DNA of 64,000 nucleotides from Squalus acanthias (GCA_030390025.1 CM059432.1:127970001-128034000); one strand, 5' to 3'. Positions 24,692-38,955 are shown, counted from the stretch's first letter. Numbers and translations: made by a program. Notes: generated by a model from the sequence alone, not told the origin.

Positions 24692-25185
24692 GAAAGTGAA
24701 TAACCTCACATTTTTCCCACATTATACTCCATCTGCCACCTTATTGTCCGCTCACTTAACCTGTCTATATCCATTTGCAGGCTCTTTCTGTCCTCGCCGT
24801 TTACTTTCCTACCTAGCTTTGTATCGTCAGCAAACTTGGATGCATTACACTCTGTCCCTTCATCTAAGTTATTAATATGGATTGTAAATAGCACCCCACT
24901 AGTTACAGCCTGCCAACCTGAAAATGACCAGTTTATCCCTAATCGCTCTGTTCTGCCCGTTAACCAATCCTCTATCTATGCTAATACATTACCCCAAACC
25001 CGTAAGCCCTTACCTTGCATAACAACCTTTTATGTGATACCTTATCAAATGCCTTTTGGAAATCCAAATTTACTATGTCCACTGGTTCCCCTTTATCTAC
25101 CCTGCTAGTTACATCCTCAAAAAACTCTTGTCAAACATGATTTCCCTTTCATAAAACCATATTGACTCTGTCTAATCATTTTATG
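24692..25185 (-). mobile_element. CR1 LINE RT fragment (continuation of 21326-22093)
   Basis: ASKFADDTKLG and WQMEYNVGK on the minus strand. Confidence 0.85.
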
Positions 25186-25804
25186 ATATTTAGAGCAGTG
25201 ACCTTAAAAACATAGGCAGGTTGACAACTGTACATTACAACCATAATTATAAACTACCCATGATTCCACTTGTGTGTGTAAGCAACTGTGTGTGTATGGA
25301 TACGTGTGTATATGTAATATATGGAATTTAGCTTCCACATGAATCAGGCTTCAGGAAGGCAGGCTATTTTGATTGAAGCTGCTGTGGAAGCCCTGGTTTT
25401 ATGGGCAACGTTGCAGAGCGTAATCCTAAATTAATAAAACTTGTTTCTGCTCATCTGACCTTGGGATAAGGTATGATGGATGGGATGATTTGGGTTGACT
25501 GAGCAATGTTTGAGCATCTACTGGTATAGGATCTGCTGAACAGACTGACTACAATGTGGATTTTGTATTTGCTGACACTAATACTTTTGGATTATCCCTC
25601 TGTAATCTATTGTTCTGTTTAACACATCACTGAAAGTATCATTCTTCATACTTGTTTCTTTTGTGGGGAAAAATTGTCCTGCAAATTTATGCAGGAAAAA
25701 TACACAGGAGTTGCATATTAGGTATTTGAGATTGCAGTTAAATGTCAACTGTCTGTAGTTAACATTATATATCAAGAACAGAAATGTTTTTTTTTAATGG
25801 GTTG

Positions 25805-26115
25805 GGAGGATAGATGTGGAGAGAACGTTTCCACTTTTGGGAAAATCCAAAACTAGGGGCCATGAATACAATAGGGAAATGAGAAATGTCTTTATGTAGA
25901 GAGTGGTTAGATTGTGAAACTTGCTACTACAGGAAGTGGTTGAGGCAAATGCTTAGGTGCTTTCAACTAGACGAGTACAGGAGAGAAAAGGGAATAGAAA
26001 GATATGTTGAAAGGCTGAGATGAGGTAGATGGAATGCGAGGAGACTCGTGTGGAGTATAAACACCAGCACAAACTAGTTGGGCCAAATGGCCTGTTTCTA
26101 TGCTGTATATTCTAT
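25805..26115 (+). mobile_element. Old CR1 3' fragment
   Basis: 3' UTR gttgggccaaatggcctgtttctatgctgtatattctatg. Confidence 0.7.
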
Positions 26116-26357
26116 GTAATAGTGTGATCACACTGTGTTTGAGGCAAGAGAATTGAAAACGTCTTGCTTGGTTGATGGCCATTTGTATTGCACGTTCCTG
26201 TATGCCTCTTTTACATGGAATGGGGTTTCAATTCTGCTTTTTGAGTGTGTTAAGGGTGGGAGGGGAATCAAAGGATGTTTTTAGGAGAATATTAGCAACC
26301 AGATCTTAATCATCTAGTCAGTGTCCAAGATTGCAGCTTTTCTTGATCAGTATCAAC

Positions 26358-27040
26358 CATAACATAGAAGATAGGAGCAGGAGTAGGCCATTCGGCCCCT
26401 CGAGCCTGCTCCGCCATTCAATGCGATCATGGCTGATCATCCAAATTCAGAACCCTGTCCCTGCTTTCTCCCCATATCCCTTGATCCCTTTAGCCTTAAG
26501 AAATATATCTAACTCCTTCTTGAATATATTTAGTGACTTGGCCTCAACTGCCTTGTGTGGTAGAGAATTTCACAGGTTCACCACTCTCTGGGTGAAGAAA
26601 TTCCTCCTCATCTCTGTCCTAAATGGCTTACCCCTTATCCTTAGACTGTGACCCCTGGTTCTGGACTCCCCGACCATCGGGAACATCCTTCCTGCATCTA
26701 GTCTGTCCAGTCCTGTTAGAATTTTATAAGTTTCAATGAGATCCCCTCATTCTTGTAAACTCCAGCGAGTATAAGCCCAATCGACCCAATCTCTCCTCGT
26801 ATGTCATTCCTGCCATCCCAGGTATCAGCCTGGTGAATCTTCGCTGAACTCCTTCCATGGCAAGAACCTCCTTCCTCAGATAAGGCGACCAAAACTGCAC
26901 ACAATACTCAAGGTGTGGTCTCACCAAGGCCCTGTACAACTGCAGCAAGACATCCTTGTTCCTGTACTCGAACCCTCTCGCTACGAAGGCCAACATACCA
27001 TTTGCCTTCTTAACCGCCTGCTGCACCTGCATGCTTACCA
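26358..27040 (-). mobile_element. CR1 LINE 3' end
   Basis: ORF 26733-27047 LYRALVRPHLEYCVQFWSPY; CR1 3' UTR. Confidence 0.9.
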
Positions 27041-27199
27041 TGGGCACTCTTCATTATGACAGATAATGGAGATTGTACTCTATTTAATTCTTAACTCTTC
27101 TCTTACCCACCATGTTGTGCAGGGAGGGTGGCCTCTTTCCAGGTCTCTACCACGGCTTCTTTACCACTTGACCAACAGCTAGGAGGTGTATAACATAAA

Positions 27200-30158
27200 C
27201 TAAATAGTGGGGGGGAGGGTTCAGGTGAAGGGGAATTTAGAAAGTCAAAGAGAAAGGAGAAGGCAATAGTGCAGGGCAGCGATAGGGGTAATAATAACCA
27301 GAGTGTGACAGGAGGAGACAGAGCGTACAAACATAAGCGTGCACCAACGAATAGTTTGAGTAGGTAAAAATGCACGCAGCATTTGCAACAAGATAAATGA
27401 GTTGACAGCACAAATAGAAATAAATGAGTATGATCTGATAGCCATTACGGAGACGTGGTTGCAAGGTGACCAAGGCTGGGAACTGAATATTCAGGGGTGT
27501 TTTGACATTTCGGAAGGATAGGCAGAAAGGAAAAGGAGGTGGGGTAGCTCTTTTAATAAAGGATGAGATCAGTGCAGTGGTGAGAAATGATATTGGCTCA
27601 GAAGATCAAGAGGTAGAATCAGTTTGGGTGGAGATAAGAAATAGTAAGGGAAAGAAGTCACTGGTGGGAGTCTATAGGCCCCCTAACTGTAGCTACACTG
27701 TATGACAGAGTATAAATCAAGAAATAATAGGGGCTTGTAAGAAAGGTACTGTGATAATCATGGGCGATTTTAATCTTCATATAGATTGGACAAATCAAAT
27801 TGGCAAGGGGAGCCTTGAGGACGAGTTCATAGAATGTATTCGGGATGGTTTCTTAGAACAATACGTTGTGGAACCAACCAGGGAGAAGGCTATTTTAGAT
27901 CTGGTAATGTGTAATGAGATGGGATTAATTAATTATCTCATAGTAAAGGATCCTCTAGGGAAGAGTGATCATGGCATGATAGAATTTCAAATTCAGTTTG
28001 AGGGTGAGAAACTTGAGTCTGAAACTAGTGTCCTGAACTTAAATAAAGGCAATTACAAAGGTATGAAGACAGAGTTGGTTAAAGTAGACTGGGAAAATAG
28101 ATTAAAGGGTAAGACAGTAGATAAGCAGTGGCAGACATTTAATGAGATATTTCATAACTCTCAGCAAAGGTTTATTCCAATGAGCAAGAAAGGCTCTACA
28201 AGAAGGGATGCACCATCCGTGGCTAACTAAGGAAGTTAAGGATGGTATCAAATTGAAAGAAAAGGCATACAATGTTGTGAAGATTAGTGGTAGGCCAGAG
28301 GATTGGGAAATTTTTAGAAACCAGCAAAGGATGACTAAAAAAATAATAGAGGGAGAAGATAGATTATGAGAGTAAACTAGCAAGAAATATAAAAACAGAC
28401 AGTAAGAGCTACTACAGGTATATAAAAAGGAAGAGAGTAGCTGAAGTAAACATTGGTCCCTTAGAGGATGGGACTGGGGAATTAATAATGGGAAACAGGG
28501 AAATGGCAGATACTTTGAACAAATATTTTGTATTGGTCTTCATGGTAGAAGACACTAAAAGCATCCCAAAAATAATTGATAATCAATGGGCTATAGGGAG
28601 GGAGGAACTTAAAACAATTACTATCACGAGAGAAAAAGTACTAGGCAAACTAATGGGACTAAAGGCTGACAAGTCTCCTGGACCTGATGGCCTACATCCT
28701 AAGGTCTTAAAAGAAGTGGCTGCAGAGATAGTGGATGCGTTGGTTGTAATCTACCTGGATTCTGGAGAGGTCCCAGTGGATTGGAAAACCGCAAATGTAA
28801 CGCCCCTATTCAAGAAAGGAGGGAGGCAAAAAGCAGGAAACTCTCGGCCAGTTAGCCTAACATCTGTCATTGGGAAAATGCTGGAATCCATTATTAAGGA
28901 AGTAATAGCAGGACATTTAGAAAATCATAATACAATCAAGCAGAGTCAACATAGTTTTATGAAAGGCAAATCGTGTTTGACAAATTTATTAGAGTTCTTT
29001 GAGGATGTAACGAGCAGGGTGGATAAAGGGGAACCAGTAGATGTAGTGTATTTGGATTTCCAGAAGGCATTCGATAAGGTGCCACATAAAAGGTTACTGC
29101 ACAAGATAAGAGCTCACTGGGTTGGGGGTGATATATTAGCATGGATAGAGGATTGGCTACCTAATAAAAAACAGAGAGTCGGGATAAATGGGTCATTTTC
29201 CGGTTGGCAAACTGTAACTAGTGGGGTGCCACAGGGATCCGTGCTGGGGCCTCAACTATTTACAATCTATATTAATTACTTGGATGAAGGGACTGTGTGT
29301 ACTGTAGCCAAATTTGCTGCTGATACAAAGATAGGTGGGAAAGCAAGTTGTGAGGAGGACACAGAGTCCACAAAGGTTATCCACTTTGGTAGGAAAAATA
29401 AAAAAGCAAATTATTATTTAAATGGAGAGAGACTACATAATGTTGCTGTACAGAGGGATCTGGGGGTCCTCGTACATGAAACACAAAAAGTTAGCATGCA
29501 GGTACAGCAAGTAATTAGGAAGGCAAATGGAATGTTGGCCTTTATTGCAAGGGAGATGGAGTATAAAAGTAGGGAAGTCTTGCTACATGTGTACAGGGCG
29601 CTGGTGAAACCACACCTGGAGTACTGTGTGCAGTTTTGGTCTCCTTATTTAAGGAGGGATATACTTGCATTGGAGGCAGTTCAGAGAAGGTTCACTAAGT
29701 TAATTCCTGAGATGAAGGGGTTGTCTTATGAGGAACGGTTGAGCAGGTTGGTGTTGAAGTTTAGAAGAATGAGAGGTGATCTTATTGAAACATATAAGAT
29801 TCTGAGGGGGCTTGACTGGGTGGATGCTGAGAGGATGTTTCCCCTAGTGGGGGTATCTAGAATTAGGGGGCATAGTTTCAGAATAAGTGTCCGCCCATTT
29901 AAGACGGAGATGAGGAGGAATTTCTTCTGAGGGTCGTGAATCTTTGGAATTCTGTACCCCAGAGAGCTGTGGAGGCGGAGTCATTGAATGTATTCAAGGC
30001 GGCGATAGACATATATTTGAGCTACAGGGGAGTCGAGGGTTATGGGGAGCGGGCGGGAAAGTGGTGTTGAGGCCAAGATCTAATCAGCCATGAGCTTCTT
30101 GAATGGCGGGGCAGGCTCGAGGGGCCAAATGGCCTACTCCTGCTCCTATTTATGTTCT
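27200..30158 (+). mobile_element. CR1 LINE with near-complete, disabled ORF2 (APE + RT)
   Basis: AITETW, YRPP, MGDFN and SDH; 480-aa RT ORF at 28488-29930 with FADD mutated to FAAD and an in-frame deletion; frameshifts and stops upstream. Confidence 0.93.
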
Positions 30159-32416
30159 TAAAGGAGCCTCTGGAGAGCAGTGATTATAATATGATAGAAT
30201 TTTACGTTGCGTTTGAGAGTGATTTAGTTAAGTCCGAAACTAGGGTCCTAAATTTGAACAAGGCAAACTACGTAGGTATAAGAGGAGAGTTGGGTAAGGT
30301 AGGTTGGGAAACTAGATTAAAAGATATGACAGTAGAAAAGTAATGGCAAACATTTAAAGAAATAATTCATAATTCGCAACGAATAAACATTCCCTCGAGG
30401 AATAAAAACACCATGGGAAAAATGGTCCAACTGTGGCTAACGAGAAATTAAAGATAGTATTAGATTAAAGGAAGAGGCCTGTAATGTTGCTAAAAAGAGT
30501 AGGAAGCCTGAGGATTGGGCGGATTTTAGAATTCAGCACAGGAGGACCAAGAAATTGATGATGAAATGGAAAATAGAATATGAGAGTAAACTAGCGAGAG
30601 ACATAAAAACAGACTGTAAAAGCTTCTATAGGAAAGGAAAAGATTAGCAGAAGTAAACGTAGGTCCCTTACAGGCTGAGACAGGAGCAATTATAATGGGG
30701 AATAAGGAAATGGCAGAGAAATTAAACAAATACTTTGTGTCTGTCTTCACGGAAGAAGACGCTAAAGTAATTCTGGAAATAGTTGAGAACCAAGGGTCTA
30801 GTGAGACTGAGGAACTGCAAGAAATTAGGATTAGTAAGGAAGTAGTACTGGAGAAATTAATGGGACTGAAAGCTGATAAATCCCCTGGACCTGATGGCCT
30901 ACATCCTAGGGTTTTAAAAGAGGCGGCTATAGAGATAGTGGATGAATTGGTTGTCGTCTTCCAGAATCTGTCAAATTTTGGAACGGTTGCCGCAGATTGG
31001 AAGGTAGCAAATGTAACCCCACTATTTAAGAAAGGTGGGTGAGAGAAAACAGGGAACTATAGACCAGTTAGCCTGACATCAGTAGTAGGGAAAATGCTAG
31101 AATCTATTATTAAGGACGTGGTAACAGGGCACTTAGAAAATAATAATAGGATTAGGCAGAGTCAGCACGGATTTATGAAAAGGAAATCGTTTTTGACAAA
31201 TCTGTTTTGAGTTTTTTGAGGTTGTAACTAGCAGGATAGATAAGGTGGAACCAGTGGATGTAGTGTATTTGGATTTTCAGAAGGCATTCGATAAGGTGCC
31301 ACACAAGAAGTTATTAAACAAAATTAGGGCTAATATACCAGCATGGATTGAGGATTGGTTAACGGACAGAAAACGGGGAGTAGGAATAAACGGGTCATTT
31401 TTGGGTTGGCAGGCTGTAACTAGTGGGGTACCACAAGGATCAGTGCTTGGGCCCCAACTGTTTACAATCTATATCAATGATTTGGATGAGGGGACCAAAT
31501 GTAATATATCCAAGTATGCTGATTATACAAAGCTAGGTTGGAATGTAAGTTGAGAAGGATGCAAAGAGGCTTTAAGCGAGTGGGCAAGAACATGGCAAAT
31601 GGAATATAATGTGGAGAAATGTGAAGTTATCCACTTTGGTAGGAAAAATAGAAAATCAGTGTTTTTTAAATGGAGAGAGAGTGGGAAATGTTGGTGTTCA
31701 GAGGGACCTGGGTGTCTTTGTACACGAATCGCTGAAAGTTAGTCTGCAGATACAGCAAGCAATTAGGAAAGCAAATGGTATGTTGGCCTTTATTACAAAA
31801 GGATTTGAGTACAAGAGTAAAGATGTCTTACTGCAACTATATAGGGCCCTGGTGAGACCACACCTGGAGTATTGTGTACAGTTTTGGTCTCCTTACCTAA
31901 GGAAGGATATACTTGCAATAGAGGGAGTGCAACGAATGTTCACCAGATTGGTTCCTGGGATGGGGGGATTGTCCTATGAGGACAGATTGAGTATATTCTC
32001 TAGAGTTTAGAAGAATGAGAGGTGATCTCATTGAAACATACAAAATTCTTAGAGGGCTTGACAGGCTAGATGCAGGGAGGATGTTTCCCCTGGCTGGGGA
32101 TTTTAGAATCGGGGGTCACAGTCTCAGAATAAGGGGTCGGCCATTTAGGACTGAGATGAGGAGAAACTTCTTCACTCAGAGGGTGGTGAATCTTTGGAAT
32201 TCTTTACCCCAGAGGACTTAGGAGGCCCAGTCGTTGAGTATATTCAAGGTCGAGATCGATAGATTTTTGGATATTAAGGGAAGCAAGGGATATGGGGCTA
32301 GCGCAGGCAAGTGGAGTTGAGGTAGAAGATCAGCCATGATCTTATAGAATGGCGGAGCAGGCTCGAAGGGCTGAATGGCCTACTCCTGCTCCTATTTCTT
32401 ATGTTCTTGTGTTCTT
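30159..32416 (+). mobile_element. Second tandem CR1 LINE, 5'-truncated
   Basis: [21 protein letters not shown] and KYADYTK; 3' tail cctatttcttatgttctt. Confidence 0.92.
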
Positions 32417-32659
32417 TTCCTGTCCCGTCAATTTCGTATGTTCGTATAACCTCTTTCACAGGTGGGGAAACAAAGAGAAATTCTACTGATCACTACTACA
32501 GAATCCTGTAACCCTGACACTGAAGCCAGTTCCAAGTTTGGGGATTTGGTTTGTGTGTTAGTTTATGTAGTCAGCAGTAGAATTGCTTTATAGAATTTTT
32601 TTTTTGAAAATGTGGTATCCTTTATAGGTTCAGTAAGAAAATACTATTCCTATAATGAA

Positions 32660-34350
32660 CGATACACATTTACAGCACAAACAGGCTATTGGACTCAGTT
32701 TGACTGTGCCAACTCTTTGTTAGAATAATCCAAAACTAATCCCAATGTGCTGTGCTCTCCCCAAAGCTTTTATCTTCTTCCGCTTCAAATATTTATCCAA
32801 TTTTCCTTTTAAAAGATGCAATATTCCCTGCCTAAACCACTCCTATGGCAAATCATTCGATGCTTCAATACCCTTGGGTGTAATTAAATTTCTCCCAACT
32901 CCCCTCCACTTTGTGATGATTTTAAATTGATGATTCCCTTATCACTGACTTCTCCCACCAGGAAAATAGTTTTTCCCTACAAAAACTCTTCATAATTTTA
33001 AAACTCTATTAAATCATCTCTTGGCCTTTGCTAGTCCAGTAGAAATGGTCCCAGTATCTCAAGTCTCTCCTCATCAGTATATTTCCAGGGATGGGAAATT
33101 ATAGTGAACCTATGCTGTACACTCTCTATGACTTCACTATCCTTTCTGTAATGAGGTGTCCAAAACTCTATACCGTACTCCTACCATTGTTTTGTATAAA
33201 TTGATCATTATTTTTTTTACTTGTACACTATCTCCTATTTATATTTAAAAAAATTCTACTCGCACGTTCGGGGATTTATTCATTTGAACCTCTCGTTATG
33301 TGTTAATTTACTTCCTCCAGTGTCTTCCCTTTGAGTATATTTGCATTCCATATTTTTTCTCCTCCTAAAATGTATTGTATCACATTTAGCTGCATTAAAT
33401 TGCATCTTCAACCTGTCTGCCCATTCCATTCACCTGTCTGTCTTCCTGAAGAATTTTACAGTCCTCATCACTGTTGCCAAATATCCTTTTATACTGTCAG
33501 CAAATGTCAAGCTTGTGTTCTATATGTACAAGCTCGAATTATCTACCTGCCAAGAACAAAAGTGAACTCAGCACTGACAGTCAGATATACCACTTACAAC
33601 TCTGAGCAACACCCATTTACCCTAACTGTTTCCTGCCCGTCAACCAACTTTCTATCCACAATGCTATATTTCCTTTTCCACCGTACACCTACATTTTTCT
33701 AACAAACCTCTTGTGAGATACCCTATCAAATGCTTTCTGAAAATCCATAAAAAGTACTTCTACTGTGTTCTATTTAACTATCTGATCAGTCAATTCTTCA
33801 AAATAAAACTCTGGTAAACTTGTCAAACATGACTTGCCTTACCCAAATCCATGCTGCTTGTCCTGAATTAACCTGTGCATTTCTAAACGCTTACTAATTC
33901 TATCTTGAATTATATATTGTAAGAGTTTGCCCATAATTGGCATTAGATTAACTGGTCTGTCATTACTTGGTTTATCCTTCCCGCCCTTCTTGAGCATGAT
34001 GTTATATCAGCTGCTCTCCAGTCCCATGGTACAATTTGCATATTCAAGATTTGAAATATTGTGACCAGGGCATTTGCTCATCTCCTCTTTGACTTCTTTC
34101 AGCAGCCTAGTTAAAGGGACTCTGAGGCTTATCCACTTTTGAGTTCTGCTAATTTTATGAGAACTGATTCCTTTCCTACAGTTAGTTCCATCAATTGTTC
34201 CATATCCTCCTCCAGTACACTTAGCTTTTCACTTCCACCATCTTTATAAAAGAAAACTGTGAAGTATTTAATTGATGTTTCTGCCATACCTTCATCCTCC
34301 TCAATTAAATTCCTTCCTTCGGCCCTGAATGGTCTGGCCATCTCCAACTA
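32660..34350 (-). mobile_element. Old degenerate CR1 LINE
   Basis: Recognisable RT remnants (tcaaatgctttctgaaaatcca, aaatccatgctg, gcattaaattgcatc). Confidence 0.65.
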
Positions 34351-35278
34351 TTTTGGAAGAGGACAAAATTGATCTTATTGTCATTTGTAGCAAAAGACAA
34401 TTCTTTGAATTACATATTTGACCACCCAGAAACTATTCACAATGAAATGTAGAAAGCTCAGTACTGAAAAAGATCATCGATCCAATTAGTCTGCCTTCCT
34501 GCTATGTTAGCAGTTGTATCGAGTAATGTGGTTCTCTTCAAGGTACATTTTCCAATTTAGCTTTGAAGATTATCTAAAGTAATTATTCCTATAATTCTTG
34601 TTAAGCTTTTCTAATAACTGACGACCTTCTCAATAAATTAGTTTCCTTGCATCCAGCCTGAATCTGCCTTTTCTGAGCTTAAACTAATGTCCCCTCATTC
34701 TGCTGTCTTGTGCCAATACAAATAGCCTGACTGAATACCTCAATCATATTTCCCTTCAGTCTTTTCTTTTCTGATGAACAGAGTCCCATATCCTTGAGTT
34801 GACTGCCATGTGTTTTATTCTCCAAACTCCTTATTATGTTGGCTCTTTTTTGTGCTTTTTTACTTTATCTAGCTGGGTATTTCACACCAGAAAAACACAC
34901 TAGATATTTTGATAACGTAACAAAAAATTAATTATCTCCATTTTTTGCTGCATTTAAATGTTGTTGTTGTTGTTGTTGTTGCTTCTGTCACCAATCAACA
35001 GATGAGTTTTTTTGAGGAAGGGTGCTCGACCTACTCAGATGACTTAATTTAAATCCCTGTTTAGGTATTTTCACAATGATATCCAAAGATTTGCTTGGTA
35101 TGGGGAGGGAAAGTCAGAGAGTGAAAACCAATTTGGTTCTCATCTTATTTTTGAGTATCCCTAGCACAATAATTTTTTTATTCAATTCAGCAAACGGGGA
35201 GGTGAGCGAGGGAAACGAAATGTTAATGTGGTAAATGCTCATTAATGGTTTTTTTTTCTCCGTTCCTTCCTTTTATAG

Positions 35279-35351
35279 ACATTAGACTTGGACAAAAATG
35301 CACTACAAAAAGTAAAGAAATCGGCAAAATCAATCAACACTTCAGGTCAAG
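35279..35351 (+). CDS. ASAP1: ASAP1 internal coding exon (BAR domain), 73 nt
   Basis: Polypyrimidine tract + AG acceptor, GTACG donor. Translates TLDLDKNALQKVKKSAKSINTSGQ(E), resembling recalled ASAP1 ALDQDRTALQKVKKSVKAIYNSGQD. Ends in phase 1, matching the next exon. Confidence 0.9.
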
Positions 35352-35849
35352 GTACGTTTCAGTTGCAGTATTTATGCCTTTATATCACTTAGCACAGAAT
35401 ATATGGTAAGGAATGTATTTTAAATCTATAACATGCCTTATACAAAATAAAGTTGTGTTCAGTAGTCGAAGTACATTGCTCTCTAGTTGGATTAATTTAC
35501 TTTTTTTTCCAAAAGGTTAAATACAGTTTATCACTGCAGTTTCTTTGACTGAACTCTGAACTAGTTTTTGTAAATGTACAAAATTTTATAGGAAATAGCC
35601 AGAAAAATTAGGCTGTTAATGCCAACTTACTGTTGGCTTTATCATTGCAAGTTGCTGTGTGTCTCCACACATCTCAAATAATCTTGCAAATGTTAGTGTT
35701 ATTTACTTGCACTGTGCTGCGTCGTCATGGACAACTGAACCTAGAAATTCTAGCCTGTTTTTGGCATGGAATTGGCACAATCTGGGTGAGGGGGCAGTAG
35801 GGAGTGGGGTGGAGAATTAAAATGACAGGTAGCTTAGGGTCAAGCTTGT

Positions 35850-38092
35850 GGACTCTGACTCCTCTGTCCTTGGCCTCCTACACTGTTTTAATGAAGCTCG
35901 AGGAACAGCTTTCCATTAGGCACTTCACAGCCTTCCGGACTCAACAGTAAGCTCAACAATTTCAGATCATAACCACCACTCCCATTTTTTCAGACAGCAG
36001 CTTGTTGGTTAATGATGCTGCTATTTCCATGTGCACCTCCTCTAGACCCATCTTTTGTGCCTTTACTTGTCTCATTACCATCCCCTTTTGCCTTGCACCA
36101 TCATCCCTTTTGTCATTTAATCTCTCCTGCCTTCCACCCTATCGCAGACCTTCCCTTTTGTTCTTTCCTTCCCTCCCCTCTTTCTCTGCTCTGTACATGC
36201 ATAAAACCTGTTCTATCTCTAACTTTTTCTAGTTCTGATGAAATATCCTCGAACTGAAATATTGGTCGGAATTTTACCGGCGCTGAGAGGGCGGGATCGG
36301 AGGCGGGTCAGCTGTCAAAATAGAAAAGATTGACAGCGGGTCAGGAACCCACTGACAAGCCACCTCCACGCGAGTCTCCCAGGTGTTGGCGCTGAACAAA
36401 CCCGACACTAAGCGGCGGGGGAGACAATTTAGATCATTAAATGCATTAAGAGGCAATTAAGTCTTATTTTAAGCTTACTTTTAGATTTTTAGAGTTTGCC
36501 AATGGCTTCCCCACTGCTCAGAAATCATGTCCGGTAAGGAGGTCGGGTGTTGTGTCAGCATGGGATGATTTACTAACTTGACAGCTGCAAATGGTCTATA
36601 AAAGCTCCCATTTCAAAGGTTTCACTTTCCAAGGTTAGAAGCTCATGCTTACAGCATTTGGAAGACAGTTTGAGGTTTATGCAGCTAGCAAGTGTTTGGA
36701 GAAAACTCTCTATCCAATGTTACTTCATTGGAACAACCTCTCTCACCATTGACATCGCTTCTGTCATCTCAACCTCACCGGCCATCTATTCCATCAGCAT
36801 CGGTGCCCTGGAAAAAAATCTCACCATGGTCCTCAGAATCCCACCACTATCAGCCCCAACACCAGCAGCACCAACATCAACACCAGCCTTCTCCGCAATC
36901 AACTGATGCTGCATCAGCACCCGACCACATTGCTTCCAGGGATGGCCTCACCATAGCCAGATTTACTTCACTTGATGCTGCACACCCTGGCTGCAACATG
37001 ATGCACCAGGTTGGCATTACCCCACACCAACACCATAAAGCATCCCTACAATGCCCAAGCCATTCCTTTCACACTTCTCACCATTGCAGGGGAGGCGGGG
37101 TACGCTTGTGTCTCAACATTCACTGCAACTCACTAAGCCACTTCCAAAGGTGCACACAAAGTGTTGAAAATAAAGATTTCAGTGTTTGACAGCACATTAA
37201 CAGAAACTTCACATGAACATTGGCTGTAACACCCAAGTGCCTACCCTTGTGTGTTGTTAGTTGGTATGATTGGACTAGGATGAGGGTGAGTGTGAGGGGT
37301 GGCGAGTGAGATGGGGAAGTGATAATGTAGATAGAGAGGGATGGGTGAAGGTGCAAGGTAAGTTGGTGTGAGTAAGGATGTGCAGGAGTAGGGTAGGGAA
37401 GGCAGAGTGATGGGGATGTGATGAGTGGCACAGCAGGATGAGGTTGAGTGTGGCTTTGCAGTAACGTTTCGTTATCTACTGAGATCATTGAAAGGTTTGC
37501 GCCACTGCAGCCTGGTCCTCCTAACAACATCCCTACTTGTGTCCTCCTGTGCAATGTGCAACCAGGCTGCGTTGATCTCCTGGGGAGGCCTCTTCAGCCC
37601 ATGGGAAGGGAAGAGCACCTCCCTGCGTGCTGTGACTTCCTCCATAAGCATATGGAGGGAGCCATGGGAGAGCCTGGGTGCAGCCCTGCACCTCTGTTCA
37701 GTGCTTTTCAGTGTTTGCTGCACCTCAGTGCTGTAGAACACTGACAGCACAACTGTCAAAATCAATTTGGACAGGGCCCCTTTAAGGAAACTGGCTGATG
37801 ACACGTCATCAGATGACGTCATCAGACCCGCTACCTTTTAATTGGCCGGGAACCTCGCTGGGCGGGCTTAACAAGCCCAATCAACGTAATCTCACTTGGA
37901 CAGAGCGGGCTGGAGCAGGCAGCGGGCTGGGACCGCGCTACCGACCCCGGCTGCTCCGGACCTGCCTCGGTTGGCGAAATCGCGGCTATTAACTTTTTCT
38001 CTGTCACAGATGCTGCTTGACCTGCTGAGTATTTCAAACATTTTCAGTTTTTCTTTCAGATTTCCACCATCCACAGTATTTTGCTTTTGTCT
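35850..38092 (+). mobile_element. Penelope-like 3' fragment/pseudo-LTR split by a Harbinger insertion
   Basis: 35850-36263 plus 37988-38092 are collinear with 2650-3128; degenerate hammerhead at 36231-36263. Confidence 0.8.
36264..37987. mobile_element. Non-autonomous PIF/Harbinger transposon with Myb/SANT gene remnant
   Basis: 3-bp TSD ATT (36261-36263 / 37988-37990); degenerate TIRs GGTCGGAATTTTACC / GGCGAAATCGCGGCT. Minus ORF 37472-37822 RAAPRLSHGSLHMLMEEVTARREVLF...AWLHIAQE...RTRLQWRKPFNDL is a Myb/SANT-like (NAIF1-type) domain. Confidence 0.85.
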
Positions 38093-38955
38093 TTATATTG
38101 TACTTCACTTCATCTTTCCTTTGTTTTTGCATTATTTGAAAATGCTCAACTTAGGTGAATTTTTTAATTTAAATTTACATTTGCAGAAGAAAGTGTGTAA
38201 TTTGAATCTTGACTGAACAATTCCAGATATTCCCCAGCTGAAGGCTTATCTGCCTTCCCCCACTCTATTATCTGCCCCTTTCTCATTACCACTACAGCTT
38301 GAATATCCATGTCCGATTAACGCAAGCAGAATTTATCCATATTGCTCGGGTTGAGTGAAACTGCTCCATATATATCGGTAATTTTTTTTGCTTGCACATT
38401 CATGTAGTAGAGCCTTGCACATTGGAAACATATTGGAAAATTGCCTGTGAAAATTGTAGAATGCACAATTTCCCAATGTGCACTCCTGGCAGACAAGGCT
38501 CTGTTCTGAGAACACGCAAGCAGAAACTTTACCTCATTGAGATTATAGACCAGTTTTACTTCAGTTGCATCTGAGTATTTCCTTCTGTTAGCATGTTGCT
38601 GACTTTCTCTCAACTTTTAGAGTGAGTGAGAGCTACTGGGATTATGGGAGTTGCTGGGACTGACAGTTAAAACTGAAACACAGAGTAGTATGAATACAAT
38701 ACAGAAACATGTTTACAATTACACTAGAAATACTGACCAGATGAAATCTTTTCACATTTATAATGTTGCTGCACATGGCGACTAGAGGAAATTATCCCCA
38801 AAGGAGAGGAATGAAAGATAACAAATAGGCAAATCAATCAAATAGCAAAGATGTTCAAGCAGGGAAAATAGTAAAAAGAAAATGTATGTAAGAAAGAAAA
38901 AAAGTAGAAGGGAGATCAAACGAAAAAGAGGAAGATAATGCGGGAGACTCTAGGG

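Noticed and set aside
28488..29930. 480-aa RT ORF as an active or domesticated gene
   Set aside because: Catalytic FADD is FAAD, there is an in-frame deletion after it, and the endonuclease part is frameshifted.
1..35278. Upstream ASAP1 exon (ISVSEF...LLEE) and downstream exon (DLKKPFDKAW...)
   Set aside because: Not found by eye before 35279 or after 48131; probably outside the window, although a short exon could have been missed.
36231..36263. Functional hammerhead copy D
   Set aside because: Stem II is disrupted and stem I is separated by the Harbinger insertion.
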